A stretch of 64,000 bases of DNA from Actinomycetes bacterium. Its GTDB lineage: Bacteria > Actinomycetota > Actinomycetes > S36-B12 > UBA5976. The translations under genes were made by a program, and so were the position numbers. Below, in pieces: positions 54,108 through 64,000 of this stretch. The stretch's first letter is position 1; each line of letters starts with the position of its first letter. A model generated the notes under the pieces. The model was not told where the DNA came from, did not search any database, and saw only the letters and a list, made by a program, of their open reading frames with translations. Location: NCBI GenBank assembly GCA_014190035.1, contig BJFU01000001.1:14135-78134 (forward strand). The letters are read 5' to 3'.

Positions 54108-56327
54108 ATGTCTGTGAATCAATCGGCTTTAGATGATTTAAACCCTCAGCAAAGAGCAGCGGTAACCCACCAAGGTTCACCGCTATTAATTGTGGCAGGA
54201 GCAGGTTCTGGCAAAACTAGAGTTTTAACAAGACGCATTGCTCATTTGATGAGTGAGCGTGGAGTAAGTCCACACGAAATATTGGCAATTACTTTCACCA
54301 ATAAAGCAGCAGGTGAAATGAAAGAACGCGTTACCGAACTCGTTGGTGGTCCAGCTCGAATGATGTGGGTTTCCACTTTCCATTCAGCATGCGTGCGAAT
54401 TCTTCGAGGAGAAGCAACTCGATTAGGAAGAACTTCAACTTTTTCAATTTATGATTCTGCAGATTCTCTTCGTTTAATAACCATGGTTGCGGCCAGCTTA
54501 GATATTAACTCCAAAGCACTAAGCCCAAGATCAATTGCAAACCAAATATCAACTTTAAAAAGTGAATTAATTGATCATGAAACTTATATGAGCAAAGCTG
54601 AAACTGAGCAAGAAAAATTAGTTGCTCAAGTATATGGAGATTACGATCGAAGATTAGCTCGCGCTAATGCTTTTGACTTTGATGATTTAATTGGGGCAAC
54701 TGTTGCCGTATTGCAATTATTTCCAGATGTGAAACAAAAATATAGAACCAGATTCAAACATATTTTGGTTGATGAGTATCAAGACACAAACCATGCGCAA
54801 TACATGTTGATTAAAGAACTAGTTGGCACCAGTAAAGATGGATTAGTACCAGGTGAACTTTGCGTGGTGGGTGATGCCGATCAATCAATTTATGCTTTTC
54901 GTGGTGCAACCATTAGAAATATTGAGGAATTTGAAAGAGATTATCCAGAAGCAAAAACAATTCTCTTAGAACAAAATTATCGCTCCACACAAAATATTTT
55001 AACCGCAGCCAATGCTGTTATATCTCAAAACTCTGAAAGAAGAGAAAAAAAGCTTTGGACAGATGCAGGAAGTGGTGAGCCAATTGTTGGCTATGTTGCA
55101 GATAATGAACATGACGAAGCATCATTTGTTGCATTAGAAATTGAAAGATTAAGAGAAGAAAATGATTATAAGTATGGACAAATTTCAGTTTTCTATAGAA
55201 CTAATAATCAATCAAGAGCTTTAGAAGAAGTATTTATAAGAATTGGTGTTCCATACCGAGTTGTGGGTGGTTTGAAGTTTTATGAAAGAAAAGAAGTTAA
55301 AGACATACTTGCTTATTTAAGAGCAGTTATTAACTTAGATGATGAACTATCTTTAAGAAGAATTATTAATGTTCCCAAAAGGGGAATTGGCGATAAAGCT
55401 GAAGATGTAATTGATAACTTTGCTCGAAAGAATAAATTAAGCTATGGCCAAGCAATTGCTCAAGCTGCAAACATTACTGAATTAAGTACCAAAGCTAGTT
55501 CTTCATTAGTTGAATTTGCTGAGATGATGCAAGTCTTTAGAGATATGTTTTTAGCAGACACCAAGCCTTCTGAAATTGTCCATTCAGTGTTAGAAAAAAC
55601 TGGCTACTTAGAAATCCTGTTTAATTCAGATGATGCCCAAGATCAAGGAAGAGTTGAGAACTTAACCGAACTTGAATCAGTGGCACGAGAATTTGAAGCA
55701 AGTCATAGTGCTGGAGAAAACGGCTTAGCTCAATTCTTAGAACACGTCTCCTTAGTTGCAGATTCAGATGATGTTCCAGGAAATGACGAAGGACTAATCA
55801 CTTTGATGACTTTGCATACCGCAAAAGGTTTGGAATTTCCTGTAACTTTTCTTACCGGCATGGAAGAAGGAATTTTTCCTCACGCCAGATCTCAAACTAA
55901 TGAAAAAGAATTATCGGAAGAACGCAGACTTGCTTACGTTGGAATTACAAGGGCTCGTGAAAGACTTTATGTCACAAGATCTGTCACAAGATCTGTGTGG
56001 GGAGCACCTTCCTATAACCCAAGTTCTAGATTCTTAGATGAAATTCCAGCATCTTTAATTAGTTGGCAAAGACTTGAACCAATGAATCAACCAGTTTCAT
56101 CTGGTGGATTTGGGGCAGCTCCTGCCATGTCTCGAGCCAGTAAACCAAAAGAACCTAAACAATATTTAATTCTAAATGTGGCAGACAAAGTTTTGCATGA
56201 AAGATTTGGTTTAGGAACCGTTACTGAAACTGGTGGAAGTGGTGATAGCGCAGAAGCCACAATAGATTTTGGTTCACACGGAGTAAAACGTTTACTACTT
56301 AGATATGCACCTGTTGAAAAACTTTAA
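54108..56327 (+). CDS. pcrA: ATP-dependent DNA helicase PcrA/UvrD
   Basis: LNPQQRAAV, AGAGSGKT, VDEYQDTN, and the VGDADQSIYAFRGA motif. Confidence 0.93.
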   Translation: MSVNQSALDDLNPQQRAAVTHQGSPLLIVAGAGSGKTRVLTRRIAHLMSERGVSPHEILAITFTNKAAGEMKERVTELVGGPARMMWVSTFHSACVRILRGEATRLGRTSTFSIYDSADSLRLITMVAASLDINSKALSPRSIANQISTLKSELIDHETYMSKAETEQEKLVAQVYGDYDRRLARANAFDFDDLIGATVAVLQLFPDVKQKYRTRFKHILVDEYQDTNHAQYMLIKELVGTSKDGLVPGELCVVGDADQSIYAFRGATIRNIEEFERDYPEAKTILLEQNYRSTQNILTAANAVISQNSERREKKLWTDAGSGEPIVGYVADNEHDEASFVALEIERLREENDYKYGQISVFYRTNNQSRALEEVFIRIGVPYRVVGGLKFYERKEVKDILAYLRAVINLDDELSLRRIINVPKRGIGDKAEDVIDNFARKNKLSYGQAIAQAANITELSTKASSSLVEFAEMMQVFRDMFLADTKPSEIVHSVLEKTGYLEILFNSDDAQDQGRVENLTELESVAREFEASHSAGENGLAQFLEHVSLVADSDDVPGNDEGLITLMTLHTAKGLEFPVTFLTGMEEGIFPHARSQTNEKELSEERRLAYVGITRARERLYVTRSVTRSVWGAPSYNPSSRFLDEIPASLISWQRLEPMNQPVSSGGFGAAPAMSRASKPKEPKQYLILNVADKVLHERFGLGTVTETGGSGDSAEATIDFGSHGVKRLLLRYAPVEKL

Positions 56328-56328
56328 A

Positions 56329-57087
56329 CTAGTCAGAACCCCATAGCCAGATTCCTGGATTCTTATAATTACCATTTACTAAAGTTTCAAAATGCAAATG
56401 TGCACCAAATGCTTTTCCTGATGCTCCAATGTTTCCAATTCTTTGCCCTACATCAACTTCTTGACCTGCTTCAACTCTGATTCGAGAAAGATGTGCATAT
56501 CTAGTTACCACTCCATCTAAATGTCTTATTTCAATCGTTCTTCCATAAGCAGGACGCCATCCTGTGAAAATTACTGTTCCAACTCTTGCGGCATAAACTG
56601 AATCACCAAAGTTGCCGTTGAAATCAATTCCAGTGTGCCAACCTAAATCCCAAATTCTTCCCTTTCTGCCATAACCAACAGAAATTCTTGCGCGAGCAGG
56701 ATTGACTGTGTACTTAGCTCTTAATGCTCTTCGCTCTGCAGCTTTCTTTTCTTTCTCAACAGCAATTCTTGCTAATTCACGTGCTGCAATATCTGCAGCT
56801 TGTGCTCTAAATTTTAGAATTTTTTCTTCAGTTCCAGGAGCACCTAACTTTGCAACAACTGGTGTTTGCACAATTGGAAGATCAGCTGCTGCCACATCTT
56901 CATTTGCTACAGAAAGTTCTGCGGGAGCATCTGCCACCACAACAGGTTCAGATGATCCAGAAAAATTGGAAGGCAATGCCAAAGCAATTGTTAAACCAAT
57001 TGCAACCAGCAGGACTGAACCTGAGATCCAACGATTATTGGGTGCCTTTATTTTTATCATCTTGTGCTCAACCTTGCCCGATGTCAC
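56329..57087 (-). CDS. M23 family metallopeptidase
   Basis: HTGIDF...; GASGKAFGAHLHFE. Confidence 0.85.
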   Translation of the reverse strand: MTSGKVEHKMIKIKAPNNRWISGSVLLVAIGLTIALALPSNFSGSSEPVVVADAPAELSVANEDVAAADLPIVQTPVVAKLGAPGTEEKILKFRAQAADIAARELARIAVEKEKKAAERRALRAKYTVNPARARISVGYGRKGRIWDLGWHTGIDFNGNFGDSVYAARVGTVIFTGWRPAYGRTIEIRHLDGVVTRYAHLSRIRVEAGQEVDVGQRIGNIGASGKAFGAHLHFETLVNGNYKNPGIWLWGSD

Positions 57088-57216
57088 TCCAGTAACACCG
57101 AGGTGGGTTAGTGACTAATGTCATTTGACTCAAATTCAGAACTCAATTATGGGGACAATAGGCTTAGGAGGAATTGTTCAATATTTGTTTTATGCATATA
57201 AGGAGTAAGTCAAAAA

Positions 57217-58395
57217 GTGGATCTCTATGAATACCAAGCAAAAGAACTTTTTGCTACCCATGGAGTAACCACTCAAGTTGGAAAAGTTGTCAGCACTCCT
57301 GCAGATACACAAAAAGCAGCAGCTGAATTTAATTGCGCTGTAGTTGTTAAAGCACAAGTAAAAACTGGTGGTCGCGGAAAAGCTGGCGGCGTTAAATTAG
57401 CTAATAATCCAAGTGAAGCTTTAGAAAAAGCAACCAACATTTTAGGTTTAGATATAAAAGGCCATATTGTTAAAAAGGTTTTGATAACTCCCGCAGAAGA
57501 TATTAAGGAAGAATATTACGTTTCATTTTTGCTTGATAGAACTAATAGAACTTTTCTTTCCATGGCAAGTGTTGCCGGAGGAATGGATATTGAAGAAGTA
57601 GCGGCAAAGACACCAGAAAAATTAGCAATGATCAAAATTGATCCATTAACTGGAGTTGATAGCACTAAGGCTTTAGAGATTTCAGTTGCAGCAGGAATTC
57701 CGCAGGAAGTTCAAAAAGATGTAGCAGTATTGATAGAAAAAATGTGGAAACTTTTTGTAGCTACAGATGCGACCTTGGTTGAAGTAAATCCATTAGTTAG
57801 AACCAACGATGATCGCATTGTCGCTCTTGATGGCAAAGTAACTTTGGATGAAAATGCAAACTTCAGACATGCAGAAAATGAAAACTTTGTTGATACTGCA
57901 AACGTTGATCCACTAGAAACAGCAGCTAAAGCAAAAGATTTAAACTACGTAAAACTTGAAGGAAGTGTGGGCATCATTGGAAATGGTGCAGGACTAGTTA
58001 TGAGCACCCTTGATGTTGTGGCATATGCCGGTGAAAAATTTGGTGGAGTAAAGCCTGCAAACTTTCTAGACATTGGTGGAGGAGCATCTGCTCAAATAAT
58101 GGCTGATGGTTTAGGAATTATTTTGTCTGATCCTTCAGTTAAGTCAGTTTTTGTGAATGTTTTTGGCGGCATTACAGCTTGTGATGCTGTTGCAAATGGA
58201 ATTGTGCAAGCAATTGAAATTTTGAAATCAGGATCAAACTATGTACAAAGACCAATCGTGGTTCGTCTTGATGGCAATAATGCACAAGAAGGTTTAAGAA
58301 TTCTAAGAGAAGCAAAACCAGATAACGTTGAAATTGTTGACACTATGGATGATGCTGCAGCAAGAGCAGCGCACTTAGCAGCAGGTGTTAAATAA
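57217..58395 (+). CDS. sucC: succinate--CoA ligase (ADP-forming) subunit beta
   Basis: [12 protein letters not shown]...; GTG start. Confidence 0.96.
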   Translation: MDLYEYQAKELFATHGVTTQVGKVVSTPADTQKAAAEFNCAVVVKAQVKTGGRGKAGGVKLANNPSEALEKATNILGLDIKGHIVKKVLITPAEDIKEEYYVSFLLDRTNRTFLSMASVAGGMDIEEVAAKTPEKLAMIKIDPLTGVDSTKALEISVAAGIPQEVQKDVAVLIEKMWKLFVATDATLVEVNPLVRTNDDRIVALDGKVTLDENANFRHAENENFVDTANVDPLETAAKAKDLNYVKLEGSVGIIGNGAGLVMSTLDVVAYAGEKFGGVKPANFLDIGGGASAQIMADGLGIILSDPSVKSVFVNVFGGITACDAVANGIVQAIEILKSGSNYVQRPIVVRLDGNNAQEGLRILREAKPDNVEIVDTMDDAAARAAHLAAGVK

Positions 58396-59273
58396 TGGCG
58401 ATTTTATTAAACGAAAACAGCAAAGTAATAGTTCAAGGAATGACTGGTTCTGAAGGTAAAAAACATACCGAAAGAATGATTAAGTCTGGAACTAAAATTG
58501 TTGGTGGAGTAACTCCAGGCAAAGGTGGACAAAGTTTAGAAGTAGCGGGACAAAATGTTCCAGTATTTAACTCTGTGCAAGAAGCAATTGCTGCAACTGG
58601 TGCAAATGTTTCAGTAGTTTTCGTACCACCAAAATTTGCCAAAGGTGCAGTTATTGAAGCAGTAGATTCAGCAATGCCATTAGTTGTAGTTATCACTGAA
58701 GGCATTCCAGTTCATGACACCGCACATTTCTTTACCTACGCACAAAAATCTGGCAAGACCAGAATTATTGGACCAAACTGTCCAGGAATTATTTCTCCAG
58801 GATTAAGTAACGCAGGAATTATTCCTGCAGATATCACAACAAAAGGTTCTATTGGTTTAGTTTCAAAATCAGGAACCCTGACCTACCAAATGATGTATGA
58901 ATTAAGAGACCTTGGATTTACCACCGCCATTGGAATTGGTGGAGATCCAATTATTGGAACAACTCATATTGATGCTTTACGTGAATTTGAAAATGATCCA
59001 GATACAAAAGCAATAGTGATGATTGGTGAAATTGGTGGAGACGCAGAAGAAAAAGCTGCAGAATTCATTAAAGCTAATATCAAGAAACCGGTAGTTGCTT
59101 ACGTTGCAGGATTTACTGCACCTGAAGGTAAAACAATGGGACATGCAGGAGCAATTGTTTCAGGATCAAGTGGAACTGCTGAAGCAAAGAAAGTTGCTCT
59201 AGAAAAAGCTGGAGTAAAAGTTGGTAAAACTCCAAGTGAAACAGCACTTTTGTTACGCGCCGCAATAAAATAA
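58395..59273 (+). CDS. sucD: succinate--CoA ligase subunit alpha
   Basis: [15 protein letters not shown]..., GHAGAIVSG (phosphohistidine). Confidence 0.96.
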   Translation: MAILLNENSKVIVQGMTGSEGKKHTERMIKSGTKIVGGVTPGKGGQSLEVAGQNVPVFNSVQEAIAATGANVSVVFVPPKFAKGAVIEAVDSAMPLVVVITEGIPVHDTAHFFTYAQKSGKTRIIGPNCPGIISPGLSNAGIIPADITTKGSIGLVSKSGTLTYQMMYELRDLGFTTAIGIGGDPIIGTTHIDALREFENDPDTKAIVMIGEIGGDAEEKAAEFIKANIKKPVVAYVAGFTAPEGKTMGHAGAIVSGSSGTAEAKKVALEKAGVKVGKTPSETALLLRAAIK

Positions 59274-59277
59274 ATTT

Positions 59278-60465
59278 GTGATCGATACTCCAGTTCAACG
59301 CCATAGCGTTGTTACCGCTGGACTTTTAGTAACTCTTTGGACATTTTTAATCACATTTGGATCATCGGTAATTCTTGTTTTTACAACTTGGATATTGGCA
59401 GGGGATAGAACAACTTCAATTACTGATGCTTTCAAAGTTGTAATTTGGGGTTACCTTGCGATGCAAGGAGTGCCCATAGTTATCAATTCAACAGTTTTAT
59501 CTTTACCATTCTTAGGCTTTCTATTACTTACACTTTTGTCGCTGTATCGATCATCTAGATGGGCAATTAGATCTGCACTCCACGAGGAAATGAATCGACC
59601 AACACTTATTTCATTACTAGTTGTTTCAGTTGCCTCTGTTTCTTATTGCGGTGTTATCGCATTGTTAAGACTCTTTGTTGATTCTCAAAATATTAATTGG
59701 CTAGAAGTAATGATTAAACCAATTGTCATGGTTGTGTCAATGTCAATATTTGCCGTTGGCACAGTGGGTGGTACTTGGTCATTAATATTTGATGATTTAG
59801 ATGACATGATAAAAAGAATTCTTAAAATGGTATTTAGATTTACTCTAGTTACGTTAACTGTTGGATTCTTGATTGTTGCAATAGCTATTGGTCTTAATTA
59901 TGAAAATATGCTTTTAGTTCAATCATCCCTATTAGGTGGAATTGTTGCAGTTATTGCAGTGGTAATTTCTGGAATTGGCTGGCTACCAAATTTTGTTTTG
60001 TGGTCTTGGGCTTGGATTACTAGTTCCACAGTTGCACTAGGACAGGGTTCAAGTATTTCGCTAAATAGTGCAACAATTTCTCAATTACCAGCATGGCCAT
60101 GGTTTGGATTAATTCCTACGGCTTTACCAAGTTGGACAAAATTCTTAATAGCAATACCAATTCTTCTAGGAGTTTTAATGGCTTTAGCTACCAGGAATAA
60201 CAAAATTTCAATTTGGATTGTTAGTTCATTCTTTGTTTCTCTCGGAGTTTCAGCAACTTTGAGTTTGCTTGGATTTCTTAGTTCAGGATCATTGGGTAGT
60301 AATTTATTATTAAATTTTGGAGTTTCCCCTAAAGAGATTTTTCAGAGAAATATGACCTGGTTCTTAATCGGTCAGGTTCTGATAATTGGAGTTGTGTTTG
60401 CTTGGCGAAAGAATCGTCAAGTCAAACAACAGCCTCAAGAAATGTCTGAAACAGACGAAGAATAG
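59278..60465 (+). CDS. polytopic membrane protein, PerM/DUF6350-like
   Basis: About 10 TM helices. Sits immediately after sucD, as mycobacterial perM does. GTG start. Confidence 0.55.
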   Translation: MIDTPVQRHSVVTAGLLVTLWTFLITFGSSVILVFTTWILAGDRTTSITDAFKVVIWGYLAMQGVPIVINSTVLSLPFLGFLLLTLLSLYRSSRWAIRSALHEEMNRPTLISLLVVSVASVSYCGVIALLRLFVDSQNINWLEVMIKPIVMVVSMSIFAVGTVGGTWSLIFDDLDDMIKRILKMVFRFTLVTLTVGFLIVAIAIGLNYENMLLVQSSLLGGIVAVIAVVISGIGWLPNFVLWSWAWITSSTVALGQGSSISLNSATISQLPAWPWFGLIPTALPSWTKFLIAIPILLGVLMALATRNNKISIWIVSSFFVSLGVSATLSLLGFLSSGSLGSNLLLNFGVSPKEIFQRNMTWFLIGQVLIIGVVFAWRKNRQVKQQPQEMSETDEE

Positions 60466-60551
60466 AAAGTAAAGCCAGAGGATTTCGGTCAGAAATTTCA
60501 ACTGACTAGGCTCTGAGTTAGAAATTCCAGTGAAAGGCGCACCTTCTTCAA

Positions 60552-62102
60552 ATGAGTAAAACAACCATCAAGAGAGCACTTATTAGTGTTTCCAATAAAG
60601 AGGGCTTAGCCGAGTTAGCCAAAGAACTTAATAATGCTGGAGTAGAAATTGTTTCTACAGGTGCCACCGCAAAATTAATAAGTGAATTAAATATTCCTGT
60701 CACAAAAGTATCTGATGTTACGAATTTTACTGAAATATTAGATGGCAGAGTTAAAACTCTTCACCCATTAATCCACGCTGGAATCTTGGCAGATACTAGA
60801 AAATCTGAACACAAGAAATCTTTGGACGATCTGCAAATTAAGCCCTTTGATTTAGTGGTAGTAAATCTTTATCCATTCGGAGACACAGTTTCATCCGGAG
60901 CAGATTTTGATCAATGTATTGAGCAAATTGATATAGGCGGAACTGCCTTAATCAGAGCTGCAGCCAAAAACTTTGAAAATGTTGCAGTAATTGTTTCCCC
61001 AAATGAGTACTCAGAATTGATTAGTAATTTGAAACAAGGAATATCGCGCGATTTAAGAATTAAATGGTCAGCTGCAGCTTTTGCACACACTGCAACTTAT
61101 GACACATTGATTGCACGGTGGATGTCTAGAAAAACAACTCCGGAACAAGATTCACCTACTTGGGTGGGTGCTTCCTTTACTAGATCTGAAATTCTTCGTT
61201 ACGGAGAAAACCCACATCAATCAGCCGCTCTTTATAGAGGAATTAGTTCTGAAAAAGGTATTGCACATGCAAAACAATTAGCAGGAAAAGAAATGTCTTA
61301 CAACAATTACGTAGATGCAGATAGCGCCAGAGCTGCAGTTTTTGATCACGTTGAACCTTGCGTAGTGATAATTAAACACGCAAATCCTTGCGGAATAGCA
61401 ATTGGCAAAGACATAGCAACTGCTTATCAAAAAGCATTAGATGCAGACAAAGTTTCTGCTTACGGCGGAGTGGTTGCAACTAATCGAAAAGTTGATAAGC
61501 AGTCTGCACTATTAATTAACGAAGTATTTACAGAGGTAATCGTTGCACCTTCTTATGACAAAGATGCTTTAGCAGTCTTAAAAACAAAACCAAACTTAAG
61601 AATCTTGCAATTAGCTGGTCCACACATGGGGCACAGAGTTGAATGGCGCACCATTTCTGGTGGAGTGTTAATGCAAACAGTTGATGATGTTGAAGCAAAA
61701 GGTGATGATCCTGATGAATGGAAATTAGTTTCAGGAACTAAACCAAGTGATGAAGTATTAGCAGATTTAGAATTTGCTTGGCGCTGTGTACGTGCTCCTA
61801 AATCAAATGCAATTGTCTTAGCAAAAAATGGTGGCATGGTCGGTGTTGGCATGGGACAAGTAAACAGAGTTGATGCAGCACAACTTGCAGTTAATAGAGC
61901 AGGAATAGAAAGAGCAAAATTAAGTGTGGCAGCATCTGATGCTTACTTCCCATTTGCTGATGCTTTAGAAATTTTAATCAATGCTGGAATTAGTGCTGTT
62001 GTTCATCCAGGTGGTTCTAAGAATGATGCCGAAGTAATTGCTGTGGCCCAAAAAGCTGGCATCACAATGTATTTAACAGGGGTTAGACATTTTTCTCATT
62101 GA
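60552..62102 (+). CDS. purH: bifunctional AICAR transformylase / IMP cyclohydrolase
   Basis: [14 protein letters not shown]..., GRVKTLHP, and C-terminal TGVRHFSH. Confidence 0.96.
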   Translation: MSKTTIKRALISVSNKEGLAELAKELNNAGVEIVSTGATAKLISELNIPVTKVSDVTNFTEILDGRVKTLHPLIHAGILADTRKSEHKKSLDDLQIKPFDLVVVNLYPFGDTVSSGADFDQCIEQIDIGGTALIRAAAKNFENVAVIVSPNEYSELISNLKQGISRDLRIKWSAAAFAHTATYDTLIARWMSRKTTPEQDSPTWVGASFTRSEILRYGENPHQSAALYRGISSEKGIAHAKQLAGKEMSYNNYVDADSARAAVFDHVEPCVVIIKHANPCGIAIGKDIATAYQKALDADKVSAYGGVVATNRKVDKQSALLINEVFTEVIVAPSYDKDALAVLKTKPNLRILQLAGPHMGHRVEWRTISGGVLMQTVDDVEAKGDDPDEWKLVSGTKPSDEVLADLEFAWRCVRAPKSNAIVLAKNGGMVGVGMGQVNRVDAAQLAVNRAGIERAKLSVAASDAYFPFADALEILINAGISAVVHPGGSKNDAEVIAVAQKAGITMYLTGVRHFSH

Positions 62103-62160
62103 AAAAGCAAGCGTTCCTATTTCCATAACTCTTGCTTTTGTTGCAGGGGTTGCCGCAACT

Positions 62161-63012
62161 TTGCAAGCAGGAATTAGTGGCCAGTTAGCTCATGAATTAA
62201 ACGATGGAATCATGGCAGCGCTAATTTCAAATATTGGTGGCACAATCTTTACTGGACTTTTTCTCTTAAATCCAGAAGTAAGAAGAAAATGTAAGAAACT
62301 ATTTCAAGATGTTGTTTCAGGAAAGTTTGCCAAATGGCAATTGTTGGGTGGAGTCGCCGGAGCAATTTATATCGCAACAGCCTCAAGCACAGTTAGCATT
62401 ATCGGAACAGGTCTATTTACCGTTGTTCTAGTTGCTTCACAAAATATGAGCGGAATTGTTGTAGATAGATTTGGATTGAGTTCAGGATCTAGAAAAAAGA
62501 TAACTCCCAAAAGATCTATTGCAGCAGTTATTGGAATAGCAGCAGTTTTACTTTCTGTGACAGATTTTCAAGGAAAAATTCTATGGATTCCAATAGTTGC
62601 AGTAGTAATGGCAGGTGTGGCAGTAACTGTTCAATTTGCTTTAAATGGTCGCGTTACCAAAGCGGCTAATTCTCAAGTATCAGCTTTTATTAACTTTCCC
62701 ATGTCAATGATTACTGTTTGTATCACACTTTTTGTTATGAATTTATTTGGAAAGACTTGGAATACCTGGCCTAATCAATGGTGGCTTTATACTGCAGGTT
62801 TTCTTGGAGCAGTTGTAGTGTTTTTAGCTGCAGCAACAATTAGAACTTTAGGTGTTTTACTTTTTGGTTTAGCAAGTGTAGCTGGGCAACTGATCACATC
62901 AATTGCACTTGACGTGATATTGCCAAATGCGAACATAAATGTGGGCTGGGCGCTCATAAGTGGTGCAGGTCTCATGCTCTTGGCCGTCTATCTTGCAAGT
63001 GATTTAAGGTAA
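62161..63012 (+). CDS. DMT superfamily transporter, DUF606/YdcZ-like (true start probably upstream)
   Basis: A duplicated 5-TM DUF606 pattern. The frame is open from 62077, and the first TM helix (ISITLAFVAGVAATLQAG) lies upstream of the first canonical start, TTG 62161. Confidence 0.65.
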   Translation: MQAGISGQLAHELNDGIMAALISNIGGTIFTGLFLLNPEVRRKCKKLFQDVVSGKFAKWQLLGGVAGAIYIATASSTVSIIGTGLFTVVLVASQNMSGIVVDRFGLSSGSRKKITPKRSIAAVIGIAAVLLSVTDFQGKILWIPIVAVVMAGVAVTVQFALNGRVTKAANSQVSAFINFPMSMITVCITLFVMNLFGKTWNTWPNQWWLYTAGFLGAVVVFLAAATIRTLGVLLFGLASVAGQLITSIALDVILPNANINVGWALISGAGLMLLAVYLASDLR

Positions 63013-63022
63013 ACTTACATTT

Positions 63023-63373
63023 ATGAGCGCAACTACTCCTCAATCAAATTCTGAATCTAGAGGTTTACGCGCAGTTTCAACAAACGAAAATCCTAAACAA
63101 TCAGGACGTTGGCAAAAATTAATTCGTCGACAATGGCCAACTTTAATTCCGTTAGTTATAACTTTGGTTGGAATTGTTTTAGCAACTCAAACTAATTTTC
63201 GAGTCGGTGCTCTAGTTTTTTCGCTAGGCGTATCAGTAGCCGCAGTGTTACGTGCGTCACTTCCTAGATTCACTTTAGGTTGGCTGTATGTAAGAACTAA
63301 ATGGGTAGACGTTTTGGTTTTAGGCAGTTTTTCTGTTTTCCTTTTAATTCTTTCGATAGTTGTGCCCTCTTAG
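63023..63373 (+). CDS. DUF3017-like small membrane protein
   Basis: Basic N-terminus followed by three hydrophobic helices (RQWPTLIPLVITLVGIVLA...). Confidence 0.5.
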   Translation: MSATTPQSNSESRGLRAVSTNENPKQSGRWQKLIRRQWPTLIPLVITLVGIVLATQTNFRVGALVFSLGVSVAAVLRASLPRFTLGWLYVRTKWVDVLVLGSFSVFLLILSIVVPS

Positions 63374-63458
63374 CCCCAAGTTTTGGTATTTGACTAGAAT
63401 TTGAATTGAAGAAATAGATATTTACCTTAATTTTCATTTGAAAGGATCTAAAATCTAA

Positions 63459-64000
63459 ATGGCCAGATCAGGCAAAGTTGCAGTAATCGGAGCAGGTTTC
63501 TACGGTTCAACCACCGCTATGCGTTTAGCAGAATATGACATTTTTGACACAGTCGTTCTAACTGATGTTCTTGAAGGTAAAGCTGAAGGTCTTGCTTTAG
63601 ATATGAATCAATCCAGACCAATTCAAAACTTTGAAACAAAAATCGTTGGCCAAACTACCGGATTAGATGGTTCAGGCTATGACGCAATCAAAGGTTGCAG
63701 CATTGTTGTGATCACTGCAGGCTTGCCAAGAAAACCAGGCATGAGCCGTATGGATTTAATTGAAACAAACGCAAAAATTGTGCGACAAGTTTCAGAAAAT
63801 ATTGCTAAGCATGCACCAGATTCAGTAGTAATTGTGGTTTCAAATCCACTAGATGAAATGACAGCTCTTGCACAACTTGCTACTGGTTTTCCAAAAAACC
63901 GCGTGATGGGACAAGCTGGAATGCTTGATACTGCAAGATTTACAAACTTTGTTGCAGAAAAAACAGGATCAAACGTTAGTGATGTTAAGACTTTAACTCT
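63459..64000 (+). CDS. mdh: malate dehydrogenase, LDH-like family (3' end truncated by window edge)
   Basis: Hand-translated MARSGKVAVIGAGFYGSTTA...ITAGLPRKPGMSRMDL...VVSNPLD. Runs to the window end. Confidence 0.9.
   Translation, partial: MARSGKVAVIGAGFYGSTTAMRLAEYDIFDTVVLTDVLEGKAEGLALDMNQSRPIQNFETKIVGQTTGLDGSGYDAIKGCSIVVITAGLPRKPGMSRMDLIETNAKIVRQVSENIAKHAPDSVVIVVSNPLDEMTALAQLATGFPKNRVMGQAGMLDTARFTNFVAEKTGSNVSDVKTLT

Noticed and set aside
57088-57216. Possible cyclic-di-AMP (ydaO-type) riboswitch upstream of the M23 peptidase gene
   Set aside because: The 129-nt spacer is shared with the sucC promoter. Neither strand shows the paired pseudo-symmetric conserved helices I would expect.

Overview
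This 64-kb window looks like a chromosomal segment of a low-GC, tightly packed actinobacterium. Supporting markers are a WhiB regulator, the DUF3117 and DUF3107 small proteins, a GroEL1-type chaperonin with a His-rich tail, a CIRCE operator, a PIG-L/LmbE deacetylase and gene order like that of mycobacteria. A freshwater streamlined lineage such as acI/Nanopelagicales is an inference only. Most of the window is housekeeping: fdxA-pheA-tyrA, dapD/dapE, htrA, mrp, and a GlnA4-type gamma-glutamylation amine-catabolic cluster interrupted by psuK-psuG. It also holds one tRNA, infA-rpmJ-rpsM-rpsK-rpsD-rpoA-rplQ-truA, rplM-rpsI-glmM, glmS-acpS-alr-tsaE-tsaB-rimI-tsaD and groES-groEL. The right end carries whiB, guaB3-like, pcrA, sucCD, purH and a partial mdh. 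I saw no rRNA, CRISPR array, transposase, integrase or prophage genes. The stand-out region is about 12.8 kb (36.1-48.9 kb), inserted where mycobacterial synteny runs directly from groEL1 to whiB3. It holds copC, a GntR/HutC regulator and two convergent operons, each preceded by the same 16-nt operator-like sequence. The genes are mtnA-like isomerase, a class II aldolase-SDR fusion, a CUT2 sugar ABC transporter whose ATPase carries an in-frame TGA, mtnK-like kinase, an NTF2/SnoaL protein, a short divergent RuBisCO-like protein and a split transketolase. I propose this as an uncharacterised uptake and catabolic or salvage system for 5-methylthioribose or 5-deoxypentose. It would combine DHAP-shunt logic with an RLP plus transketolase branch. 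Secondary observations:
- a tRNA with a non-canonical anticodon loop
- an orphan promoter/terminator unit upstream of infA
- a structured rpmJ-rpsM spacer
- truA with GTT where a start codon is expected
- a CarH/LitR-like MerR regulator carrying a W-x9-E-H motif
- pervasive overlap of convergent stop codons
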